A stretch of DNA of 64,000 bases from Vicugna vicugna. Lineage: Eukaryota. The notes under the pieces were generated by a model, which was not told the origin of the DNA, did no database searches, and worked only from the letters and a program-made list of their open reading frames with translations. The stretch lies in NCBI GenBank assembly GCA_013265495.1, contig MU058065.1, forward strand, positions 1,586,364 through 1,650,363, given 5' to 3'. Of the stretch, positions 21,529 through 32,880 are shown one piece after another; the first letter of the stretch is position 1; every line of letters begins with the position of its first letter. Both the position numbers and the translations under genes were made by a program.

Positions 21529-23477
21529 AGTGCAACATGTGGAATGGTAGAATGTAACTGTTGAGCACCTTTAGAAGCCAAAAGGACCATTCTGAAATGA
21601 CATTTGAGAATAAAGAGAATGAAGTCATTAGCTTTGCTTAGTGGTCATCAATATGGTGCTTTCGTCTTTGACACAGCTTCACTCATCACCTGAAAACAAA
21701 CAGCCCTAGGACCATGATTCCCTTCCCCAGAGGCTCATTCCACCTGGCACAGTACTTGGCACAGAGCTGCTGTCAGCAGAGGCTAACTTCCTCCCCGTAA
21801 CACAGCATACTTATTCCTTCACTTTCTGTTACTAGACAAGGGAGAAATCAGTTCATATCTGCATTTTTAAGTACCCAACACAACTTCTAACTCATGGGCA
21901 TCCAGGAAAGATTGTTGAACATTGAATTAAAATTGTCTTCTTCCAGGTTAAGAAAACAAAGTAGAAGCATTTTCCTTTATCTTAAGACACTGGGTAGAAA
22001 CCCTTCCTCTGGTGTGTGGGTTCTGGGAGCAGGCAGTCCAATCTTCTGTACCACTTGCTCATAATGACCCCCTCGGAATAAGCAGTCTAGATGCCTGGAT
22101 TAACTCATTCATTTCAAAAACACGTACTCCTTCAACAACTGTATTTGCTACCCTTGTTTTTCTCATCTTTCTTTTTGAAGCTGGCAGTAATAGAAACTTC
22201 AGATCAAAAAAATAAAGAACTTAGTCACCAAATTGCAGCTTTGCACAATAGATCAGGAGCGTTAAGGAAGGAAAACACGACAAAAGAACAGTTTCAAGGA
22301 CACACTGAATCAGATTGTCGAGTGATTCAGTGGAAGGAGAGACTGACACAGAACAGCAGGACCAAAAGTGAGAAAGCCAGAATTGAGTTTCTTGCTGAGC
22401 GAAAGATACAGAACGCCCAAAGTGGCATCATTTCTGGGAGATGCAAAACCTTAAGTAAGAAAGTTCAGAGGTCTGACAGCCATTCTGACGCTGTGGGAAG
22501 ACCACTCCATCACCCATGTTTTCACACTGCCCACACCAGTTAAACGGCTCTGTTTCCACTCAGTCTCCCGGCCCACCTGCTATGGACTAAGTCCTGTACA
22601 GCAAGGGCACCCGCGCGAGCAAGAAGCAGTGCCTCCACGGGAGAGGTCAGGCCACACCGGGCAGAGGCATTTTCAAAGTCAGAGGTCTGCACTGCACACC
22701 TGAAATAGCCGGTCGAGAGACTTAACGCGAATTTCTCAAATCGTTTCTTCATTATCAGTCGTTCAGAATTAGAATCTCAGGGCTCTCCAGTGCGTCCTGC
22801 AATTTTGATGGCTTTTTATCAAGACTTTGTGAGTTGTGATTTCTTGACATTTGTTCTTTCACAGAATGTTTTTAAGCTATAAAAAGCAGCTGGCACTTGG
22901 GGACTTCCAGTCTCTACCACGTGGGCCATTTTGTGAGAGGAAGCAGAAAGGCCTTAATATCTTTTAAATGGAAAAGCAGAAAGGCCATGAGTGTTTATTT
23001 TTTTTCTTCTTGTGCCTCTTCCTGAGACACAGCTTAACCTTTTTTAGGAATGTCAACCTCTTTTTAATCCTTGGCTCCTGGGCCTGAAAAGCAGGGTTTA
23101 AATGGCTCGTGTTGTTCATACAAGAACACTGTGATTGCGATTTCAAAGCTAAGTAATAGACTTTGTCAGACTAGGTTATTTTAAGTTATATTCCTCTCAT
23201 TTACAAGCTAATGAAGCTGAGCTTTGGAAAGGCTCCTGTTCAAGGACGTAGAGTAACTGTGGAGATAGAAATGAAACACTTGACTTTTGCCATTAGAGTT
23301 TTTGTCTAAAACCTGCCAGCTGCTTCTTAGAAAAATAAGGTGCACGACTTGGGGGACATACGAACTCCCTGAATCCTTCAGTGACTGGTGCCATTATAAT
23401 ATCGTAGAAAAAGGACACTAGGGTGCTTAACTTCAGTTCAGTAAGGACATGTGGAGACTGCTCTGGCTTGCCTGGGC

Positions 23478-23978
23478 TAGGAATATGTGTCCATATAAAG
23501 ACTTCTACGTGAATATTCACAGCAGGATTATTCATAATCCAAAGTGGAAACGACCCAAACCTCCACCAACCGAAGAATGGCTAAACAGAGTGTGGTTTGT
23601 CCATACAATGGAATATTATTCAGCCGTAAAAGGAATGAAGTACTGATGCATGTTATAGCACGGATGAACCTTGAAAACATCATGCTAAGTGAAAGAAACC
23701 AGTCACAACAGAGGACCCATGGTTTGATTCCGTTTATGTGAAATGTCCACGGAGGCAGAACGCTGGTTGGTAGTTGCCTAGGGCTGGGAAGGGAGGGAGA
23801 GGGGGAAGTAACTGTTAATGGATGTGGGGTTTCCTTGGGGGGTGATGAAAATATTCTAAAATTAAATAGTGATGATGGTTGCAAAATCCTGTGAAGAGAC
23901 TTTAAACCACTGAATTCTATACTTTAAATTTATGGCATTGTCAGTTACATCTCAGTCACATGGCTATTTTTTAAAAAG
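23478..23978 (+). mobile_element. Old L1 (L1MB/ME-type) 3' end
   Basis: ORF2 C-terminal remnants (WFVHTMEYYSAVK; MNLENIMLSERNQSQ) followed by L1 3' UTR. Confidence 0.88.
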
Positions 23979-25948
23979 ATTATTCTGAGCATTAAGGTAG
24001 GGGTGATGTAGATGGTCAGAGACAAGGTATAAAAAATCATAAAAATACACGCCTGTATTCATGTACTTCATTCTTTAGAAGGAATAAACAAAATATCCCA
24101 AAGAAGCAAAAAAGAACATGGCAAAACATTTCATTTATTGTTATCTTTTATTCCCAAAGCAGGTTTAATGTGGCTTGCTTGCGTATGAAAAAAACCACAC
24201 ATGCAAAAGGACTGGCTGAATTAATCACTCACAGAGCTTTTAGGTCTAAAATATTCTAGAATTAATCTGCAGGCTTCATGTGTGATACAGACAGTAAATG
24301 GTAGAGTTCAGAGAAGAGAAGCTGTCTGTTGGATGAATTAGAGAGGATTTTCAAAAGGAGCTGGCACCGATATTAAATCTGAGGTTAGGAAACAATGGGG
24401 AAAGAAAAGGGTTTTCTGAGAGGAGGAGGAGCATGGGCAAGGCACGTGCAGGAAGGAGCCAGCGAAGGAGCCACATGGAAAGATGCGGTGGCGGGTTGGC
24501 GGCTGTGAGTTGGCTCATGTCTCAAGCCTGCTGCTTCTCATGGGACCATGTGTGCAGGCCTCACACTGAGCAGGCTTCTTCCCTATGCCTCCTTGGACGG
24601 TGAGCTCAGACCACAGCCTGAGGCCTTGCCAAGGGGAGGTCCTGGTGCAGTACGTATCTCTATATTGTTGGTACACTGTGTTCTACTAATTCTCACATTT
24701 TTCCATATGTAGAGTGCTGTGTCCTTCTCCCTTGGAGGAGGGGAGACACATTTTAGAGCCTGGAAAATGAAGCACAGAATAAAGCAGTGAAGTGACTTGC
24801 TCAGTGCTTTGCCAGTCGGAGAGTAAAAAGCCTTGAACCAGGTCTCCAAACTTCCCTAATGCTATGCTTTAGTCCTATGATGGAGGAGTCGCCACGCTTG
24901 ACTTGGCTGGATGGTGACAGCGCCCCAGTTACGGGCACCCACTCACTGTTCGTGCAGTCCCCATACAGCCTAGCTGCAGCAAAAGAAAGACCTTCCCCTT
25001 GGAGCGCAATGAAGGTGCAAAGTGAAATTCTCACGTATTTACAAGAAAAATCGTAATACTTTTCTGAATGGGGTCAAAATGTTTTTCAAGCAACAAATGT
25101 AGTGTAAGTGTCTGCTCTACTGGAGTAAAAGGCAATGTTGGTGTCTTAATAGGAGGCATTTAGGTGAAGATCACTTTCAGACACATGCTTAGGTTGGACT
25201 TGGTCGTGAAGTGTTAGTTAAGAGCCCCTCTTGCGAGGCCTGTTGACTTCGCAAGCTCAGATTTCTCAAGCCGGGTTATCCTAAACGCTATCATTTTTTC
25301 CCCTTTGGAGCAGCTGGCATCTAGTAATGTCAGAGGGAGTTTTGCTCAGCCCCCAAATAGGAAAAGTAGCTTCTCCTTTAGACTTTGACAGCGGCCTTTG
25401 GCCAGTTGAGAAGTGGCCCCTGTGTGCTTGGAATGAAGTCTCCTGTAGTCGTTTTAGTCAGCAGAATGGTGGCCATGACAAAGCCACAAAGACTACCGAC
25501 CGCAGGGGAGAAGGAGCCAGAAAGGGGCGGGGCTGTCGTGGGAGACGTCTGAACATCGTGGACCTGAAACTACAAACACAGGCCTGCGTGCCTCCCTTCC
25601 TAAATAAAGGGACAGTTTTTATTTCAAAATGCCTAATCTCTGGACAACGGGCCCCCTTATAAGACTCTCCCACCAGAAGAGGCGCTCGGCTGAGCTCCAG
25701 GACAGCCTCGGATCTGTTTCATGCTGATGAGGTATGCTAATCGTCCACCCGAGGGCTGATAAAAGAGAACAGGAAGTCTGTTGTGGCCAAGGCAATTTGT
25801 AGTGGTCTGAAAGCATCTAATTCTCAGAAAAGAAATTCTTTGTAACCATATTAATACCCTTAACAATATGACTCTGTGTACTTTTCTCCTTATTTGATCA
25901 ATTTCTTTTTGCTTCAGCAGAGACACATTCAAAGAAATAAAAAATGAG

Positions 25949-26164
25949 CAAGATGGGGGGAGGGGATTAAGAGGTACAGACTATTATGTGTAAAATGAAT
26001 GAGCTACAGGGACATACAGTACAACACAGTATTGGAATATGGCCAGTATTTTGTAGTAACTATTCATGCAGTATAACCTTTGAAAATTGTGAATCACTAT
26101 GTTGTACGCCTGTAACTTATGTAATACTGTTGTACATCGACTGTACTTGAGTTAAAAAATGGGA
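25949..26164 (+). mobile_element. 5'-truncated L1 3' UTR (~215 bp) with target-site duplication
   Basis: ggattaagaggtacagactattatgtgtaaaat..gtgaatcactatgttgtacgcctgtaac. Flanks aaagaaataaaaaatgag (25931-25948) / aaagaaatgaaaaacgag (26165-26182). Confidence 0.85.
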
Positions 26165-27584
26165 AAAGAAATGAAAAACGAGTAGAAGAGCTGCAATTTT
26201 TAAAGTTGAAATTTTATGAAGGCCTTCTGCCTTTTCAGGCAACTTCAGCATTGCAACAAACTGTAACCAAGGTCAGTCGCTCGTCACAGGCGTTCATTAT
26301 ACATGTAATCCTTTTCTTGTATCTCGTGTGCTCTGTGCAAAGTATTAGATGTGCCGTGACCCCATGCGTGTGGTAAAATACTGTTTTAGATTTATCGTAT
26401 GGTTGCATGAGGGTGATTCAGCCCCAGCTGCCTTATTTAGTAAAAAATCAACATCATGTCATAACTAGAAGCCATCAAGAATCACACATCACCATTGTAC
26501 ATACGATTAATTTTTATCCCCCCAACCTGAATGGATTTCCAATCCCGTACATCGTGTATGAGCATTAGCCTAGGTATTTGGGGCCCTGATCTTTATGACA
26601 TCACAAATGAAGTAATCATATGATTCTTATTACTGGAAACCTGAGCCCACCTTCCAGAAACTTACCATTAAGAAAAAAAAAAACAAAAAACACCTTCTTA
26701 ATCCAGCTCGGTGTTCACTCTATTGTATTATACCACAGGGTACTGATCTTAGTGGGACAGTAGGTTTATGGTATAACTAAACAGGAAGCTAAACGTTGGG
26801 CCTCTTTACTCTCCATCAGACTTAGATTATTTTAGAGCAGCTGTTATTTTTTTAAAGGCAAGAAATCAATAAACTATATATAAGTAGACAAGATTGGGTG
26901 CATTCAGGGTGGTATGGCTGTAGACTGATAATAAAAAGGAGAAATCTTTTGGTTTTTATATAAAAATTTGTATTTTATAAAATATTGACTGAGATACAGA
27001 AGATTTTTTTGAATTAGAGAAAAGAAATCTTTAATCTTGCCAGTAGATTACAATATGTAATATTCCCTGGAAAGCAATCAAGTTACACTGTATCTGAAAA
27101 TTCTCTCTCCAAACAGGAAATACCGTCCCCAGATCATTGAAATCCAGCAATAATCCCCAAGGCTCAATTTAGGCATGGGTTTAGTCTTCTAATCCAAACT
27201 TTCAGTAGAATCTAGTTACTGTTTATCTTTGAGTAAATAACATGAAAGAAGCAACTTAAAAGAGAAAATTCAAAAGGAATCAAAAATGTAAAATCTAAAT
27301 AGTAATAAATCCTTAATTGGCCCCATCATGCTTCACTTGAGAAGCAATGGTTCCTTGTGTGTGTGTCTTCACTTGACCTTAGCACTTCCAAACTCTGTTC
27401 ACAACTGCAGTCAAGTCCTGGGGCAAATGCACTGACTGAGGGACTCCCTATCTGTGTTTCAAGATGAGCATTTATTTTTGCCATAGGCTGTGTCTTGAAT
27501 ATCGTTCTTTCATTATTTATCCTCTGATCTCACTGGAGTCACGTGACATTCTACCTCCTTCACAGTGTCCAAATCCCATTTCCC

Positions 27585-27822
27585 CCATATGCACATACAT
27601 GCATGCATGCACACCCTCACACACCACACCCACTCACGTATACAGCTACACATACACACATACGCTCACCACACACATACGTATTTGCAATCAAATACAG
27701 CACACTTTCATGTGTAATCACACTCACCGTACTCACATGGACACACTCATACACTACACCCAATCACACATGCTTACGTGGACACATATCACACGCACCA
27801 AACACACGCAACACACTCAACA
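27585..27822. repeat. CA-rich degenerate simple repeat
   Basis: Read directly; explains the His/Thr-rich ORFs in the track. Confidence 0.85.
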
Positions 27823-28823
27823 AATAAGTACTTGAGCACCCAACCAGGCGCTGAGGTTAGAGCGATGAACAAAACAGACCAAACTGATTTCCCTCAGGGA
27901 GCATATATCCAGAGTGAAGGAAAAGGGGGATTTGAAGAAAATCTGAGTCTAGAATTGGAGGGAAAGGAATAATGCCGCCCTTGGTGGCAGAGCTCGCAGC
28001 CTCAGCTGTGAACTCCGAAAACTGAATTCCCTGGACCCTTCTCCTCCCTATCTTCTCCAGAAGTAAGGATGGTTTTTGAGATTCTCATTTGTTCTTTTAA
28101 TTAGTCTAGAAGAAATGCCCTTCATTTAGAACAGCTCAAATGAACCCTATTTGGTGCTTTAGAAACAGTGATGAAACATTTGTGGGTGTGGGGGTGTAAA
28201 CAATAAAAGAGCCCAACTGTTGGTACCATGTATGTTGACAAACTCACCATGCCAGCAGCCCGGTAATCACCAAGGAGTACAGACTAGAGGAAGCTGGGGG
28301 CTAGTGATGGAAAGTTAACTGTTTTATGGCATCCTATATACAGAGGAGACAACTTGTGAATTCTCTTTCAAAGATTTTATTTTAAGAGACATTTTATACT
28401 TTTAGTTAATGTGTATTTATTTAATATAAAGTTGTTTGTTTAGCATTGGAGTTGAAAATGTTTAATTTATTCCAATGAAAGTAAAGACACCAAAAAAATA
28501 AAATGACTTAACTTCTGCAAGATCTAGATTTACTGAACACCCTTTCTTTTCTCCCACCCCAGTTGGGGCCCCCACACACACAGCTTCTGGAAGGGGCTAA
28601 ATTTACCCTGTGAATATTCAAGAGATTATTTATAGTAGGATTAAAATAATGCCGATTTTGTAAGTTTCTTTTTCATTTCAGGTTTATTTGAGCTTTAATA
28701 ACAACAAAAGATAACAATAGAAATAAACTAGTCAAAATATAAAGATGTCCAAATTTTGTTTTCTTCGCGGGAGGAAACAGCTTAAAATTATAAGCTTCAC
28801 AGATAAAACAGTAACTGTAACAT

Positions 28824-29419
28824 CATAATCCTCCCTTATACACCGGGGATGTGTTCCAAGACCCCCAATGGGTGCCTGAAATTACGGATAGTACAGAACT
28901 CTATATGCACTGTATTTTTTCCTATATACACATACCCATAATGAAGTTTAACTTGTAAATTAGGTATCGTAAAAGATTAACAATATCTAATAATAAAATG
29001 AACAATTATAATGATATACAGTAATAGAAGTTATGTGCAGGTGGCCTTGCTCAAAATACCCCACGCTGTGCTCGCCCTTCTTCCTGTAATGATGTGAGGT
29101 GATGAAAAGCCTGCGGGATGAGATGAAGTGAGGTGAACGATGTGGTGGCGCAGTACTGGGCTACAACTGACCTTCTGACAAGACATCAGAAGGAGGACCA
29201 TCTGCTACCAGTGATCCTGGATCTTCGAGTCCTGAGGATGCGGATGATACGGGACGGTGTAGGGGGCAGGCCAAGTGGAATGACTCGAGATTTCATCATA
29301 CTCCTCAGGACAGCACATAATTTTAAATTGATGAGTTGTGTATTTCTGGAAGTTTCCATTTAATATTTTTGGACCCTGGTTAAACATGGGTAACTGAAAC
29401 CACGGATAAGGGGAACTAT
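28824..29419 (-). mobile_element. MER44-like (Tigger, TcMar) non-autonomous DNA transposon
   Basis: Terminal inverted repeats ..tcctcccttatac / ggataaggggaacta; ggggatgtgttccaagaccccc..; gagatttcatca..tttaaatt..atttctggaa..tttccatttaatattttt. Confidence 0.85.
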
Positions 29420-29618
29420 AATGCTTGTCGTGTTAATCAAAGGCAGGGTTGCCTCTCCGCTCCTAGGGATTACGTTGGGGAGAACTATGGAGGTTTCTTT
29501 GTCTTCTCTTACCCTTAAGTGCTGAGGTCGAATGCACTTCTTTATTGTGTCTTCGGTGTAGGGGTCTGCTCAGCGCTTTTAAGCTGGAAGCTTAATTTCC
29601 TTTCTTTATTCTTCTCAG

Positions 29619-29708
29619 ACTGCCACGGTTTCTTGGGACATCCGAACATTGTACTCAACAGTCCCGGAAGATGCAGAGCACAAAGCAGAAAATTTACTAG
29701 TGAAAGAG
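29619..29708 (+). CDS. DOCK10: DOCK10 exon 3, 30 aa: [30 protein letters not shown]
   Basis: tttctttattcttctcAG acceptor, GAG|GTAAAT donor, 90 nt, phase 0/0. [12 protein letters not shown] motif shared by DOCK9/10/11. Confidence 0.97.
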
Positions 29709-30539
29709 GTAAATGCGATGCTTTCAATCCTTTATTTTACAGAGCTTTGCTTTCCCCCGTGTTGTTCTTGATACAACTTACCCTTATTACTGCCTTCCTC
29801 TCCTTTTCAACAGACAGTTCCAAATGCTATGGTTAGTCAGTGTCTTCCCACCTCTATTATCTGTTACTTCCTGATAATTGCTCTTCGTTATCTAGTGGCT
29901 ATTCAAGTTTGGGATTTTTTTTTCTTTTGTTTTTACTTAATTTAAAATCACAAATATTTGAGTGATCTAACAGGAAGATTTAATTTTATTTGGACTGAGT
30001 TGCAGGAAAGGCTCATATTAAATGAGAATTTTGGATACCAGAGTTTCTGTTTTAAGAGATGTATTTCTTTCAAGTACCAAGTATGGAAATAGTTAATGGT
30101 AAAACTATGTGGACAGCTTAAAGGGGCTGATAAAATCCGGTTGGTGTAGCATCTACTTGCTTTCAGTTAGTGTGGGAGAGGCGTGTGAAACTGTTTCTTC
30201 TTCTAACCAGACTACAGGCTGCCCTGGGGGCAGGGTTCGGGCTGGCACTTAATAGCTACTTAGCAGATGTGTTATTGAGTTAATAAGTGAAGCCAGTCCT
30301 TCCTTTACAGAAAATGCAGTGATAACACTAGTCCACTACAGGTCAAACTGAAGGTAGTGGAGTCTAAATGCAGTCTTTAATCTTGAGAAAGTAGTGTATC
30401 CCAATAAGGATTTAATCATAGCTACGTCCAATAGCCAAGCCCTTTCTCAGCTCTTAAACATATTTGTATAGGCTAGCCTCGTTAGTGTACGTATTAATAC
30501 TAATCTGATTAATCATACACATTTACATTGTACCATTCA

Positions 30540-31688
30540 ATCCAGATCATCTTTGCCATAATCTGGTCTTTTTTTTTTAACAATTTCATTATTTCATATT
30601 TATTTCCCACAGTTCACATTGAATTACCACGCCTCCTAAAGAGGTTTTAAAAAAATAAACTGCAGATTCAGATAACATCAGGATATCTGAGTACACTGTT
30701 TTCCCATTTACTGATAAAAATGTGGTGTCAGTCCCATAATATTTTGTTTGCAGTCCCCTTGGAGAAAGTTTTAATATCTAGCAAGGCATCACTGTCCAAA
30801 AAAAAAAAAAGTGTTGGCAAATCATTTTCTACACGAGCAAATCAGATTCATTGAGATCAGGTCTACAGAAGTCCTGCAGTAAATATATGTTAACTTAGGT
30901 AGGATCTGAAATGTTTATGATGTTGAATTCCTAACAGGGGACATTCAAGCAGGTCTTCTTCTGTGTTCTTTACTAAAATATTGCACTTTCTTCATAAAGA
31001 TCTTTAACTTTGTTGTTAAATTTATTTCCATGTATTTTGTGGTTTTGTTATGAATGGGAGTGGACTTTTAAAAACCCATTTCCTTTTCTTACAGTTCATG
31101 ACTGATATTTTTAAAAAGCTGTTGATTTTCAAATACACATAACTAGCTTCCTAAACTCTTTAATCCTAATAGTTCTTTTTTTGGTTTTTAGGTTGGCCAA
31201 GAATTAATTTCTTTTTCTCTAATAAGCATATTGTTTCTTTAAATTTTGTCTTATTTTTATTACCTAATATCTCCAAAGCAATGTTGAATAATAATGCTAG
31301 TATCGGGCAGCCTGTCTCATTCTTGATTTGGTGTTTTATGACCATTTCTGTCACAAAAGAAGTGTCTGAGAAGGGTCTTTATTGGTCTCTAGAGTGTGTA
31401 GAAAGACTAGTCTGCTATGTTGTGAAATGCACATTCAGCCTATTGACATAATAGCTTTTCTACTTGAACTTAGCACTAATAGAATTAATAAACTGCTGTC
31501 CTGTGGATCCATACTTATGTTTCTGGTATAATCTCTCTCGTTTGGAATTGCTAATTTTTTCCCCTAATTTTTGCATTTATATTCATGAGTGAAATATGGC
31601 TCTAGTTTTTCCTTTTGGTATTAGAGAAAGGCTCACTTTAAAAGATAGGAATTGAGACATTCTCCATCTTTTCTGTCTTCTGAAATAA
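30540..31688 (-). mobile_element. Old L1 ORF2 segment (inverted), with an unassigned interruption at ~30640-30895
   Basis: Minus-strand remnants GCPILALLFNIALEIL (RT domain, compare QGCPLSPLLFNIVLEVL) and FKVSLSLIPK (compare FYEASITLIPK). Left boundary uncertain. Confidence 0.75.
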
Positions 31689-32880
31689 ACGAATAAGCCA
31701 GTGAAATGAAACAGAGTTTCTAGAAACAGATCCAACTGCATATGGTTACGTAATAAATGGTGTATATGGCGCTTCAAATTCTCCAGGAGGGGTGGGTAAT
31801 TCAACAGGTACCACTTGGCTATCCATTTGGGGCAAAAATAAAGTTAAGGCTCTATCTCACATTTACATGCAAAAATTAATTCCAGGTGAATTTTTTAGAT
31901 CTCAATTTTAAAAAGTTAGAAACATGTAAGAAAACTTTTTTAAGTGGAAAGTTATGGAAAATGGATGTACTTAAGCAAATAAAAGTTATAATTTTTTATG
32001 TGATGAATGGGACTGTAAATAAGGCCAAAAGAAAGCACTTACTCAGAGAAATTATTTGCAACTCATGGTATCTTTTGCCATACAGACACACATACACACA
32101 TATGCCTAATGCTCTGAATTCTACAGATTAATAAGAAAAAGACAAATAACCCACCAAAATATGAACAAAAGATAGGAGAAGGCAGTTCAAAAAGAAGAAA
32201 TACAGTTGACTAAGAGACATACAAAATTACCCAGCCATACTTGTAATCTTAGAAATACAAATTAAAACAAAAAATGATGTATCATGTCTAAATGGAGAAA
32301 AATTTTAAGATGAACATCATTTAGTACTAGTAGGAATATAGGGAAATGAACACTATCACACAGTGTTTGTAATTCTCACATGTCTGTAGCCTTTTGAGAT
32401 ATTCAAATGCATCTCTTTAAGTCATACATATAAATATGCAGCATGCATTTTAGTAAAAAAACAAGCACTAGAGAATAAGAATATAATTACAAGCATGAGT
32501 ATTGCAGCACCAGACAATTTGTAGTATCAAGTGATAAGGGTGGGTTTGAATAAATTTTGGCACATCTATATTTTGTAATGATAAGTAGCCAGTAAAAATT
32601 ACACATGTTTAAATGTATTAACTTCGATGCTTATGATATGCTGTTAAGAGAAAAAAAAGTAGATTGCAGAATATACAGTATATCATTGGAGATGTAAAAA
32701 AAAATACATGATATGTAAATATGAAATGCACAATTAAAAAATGCACATTCAAACTTATAACACTGGCTACCTCACAAGCTTGGGACAGGGAAGAGAGAGA
32801 AATTGATTTTCAATTTATATATTCTGTATTTTTGTGGTGTTACAAATTTTTGTCATTAAAAATATTTTGACCAAAAAAAA
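31689..32880 (+). mobile_element. Old L1 ORF2 C-terminal part and 3' UTR
   Basis: gccagtgaaatgaaacagagtttctagaaacagatcca..ggctatccatttggggcaaaaataaagttaagg..aaaaattaattccagg..ataagaaaaagacaaataaccca. Confidence 0.78.

Noticed and set aside
22091..22543. 150-aa ORF, the longest in the track
   Set aside because: No recognisable domain, does not fit the DOCK10 exon chain, and its length is compatible with chance in 64 kb over six frames.
23780..23810. G-quadruplex motif gggctgggaagggagggagaggggg
   Set aside because: Ordinary G-rich tract of an L1 3' UTR.
27464..27835. His/Thr-rich ORFs
   Set aside because: Translation of CA-rich simple sequence.
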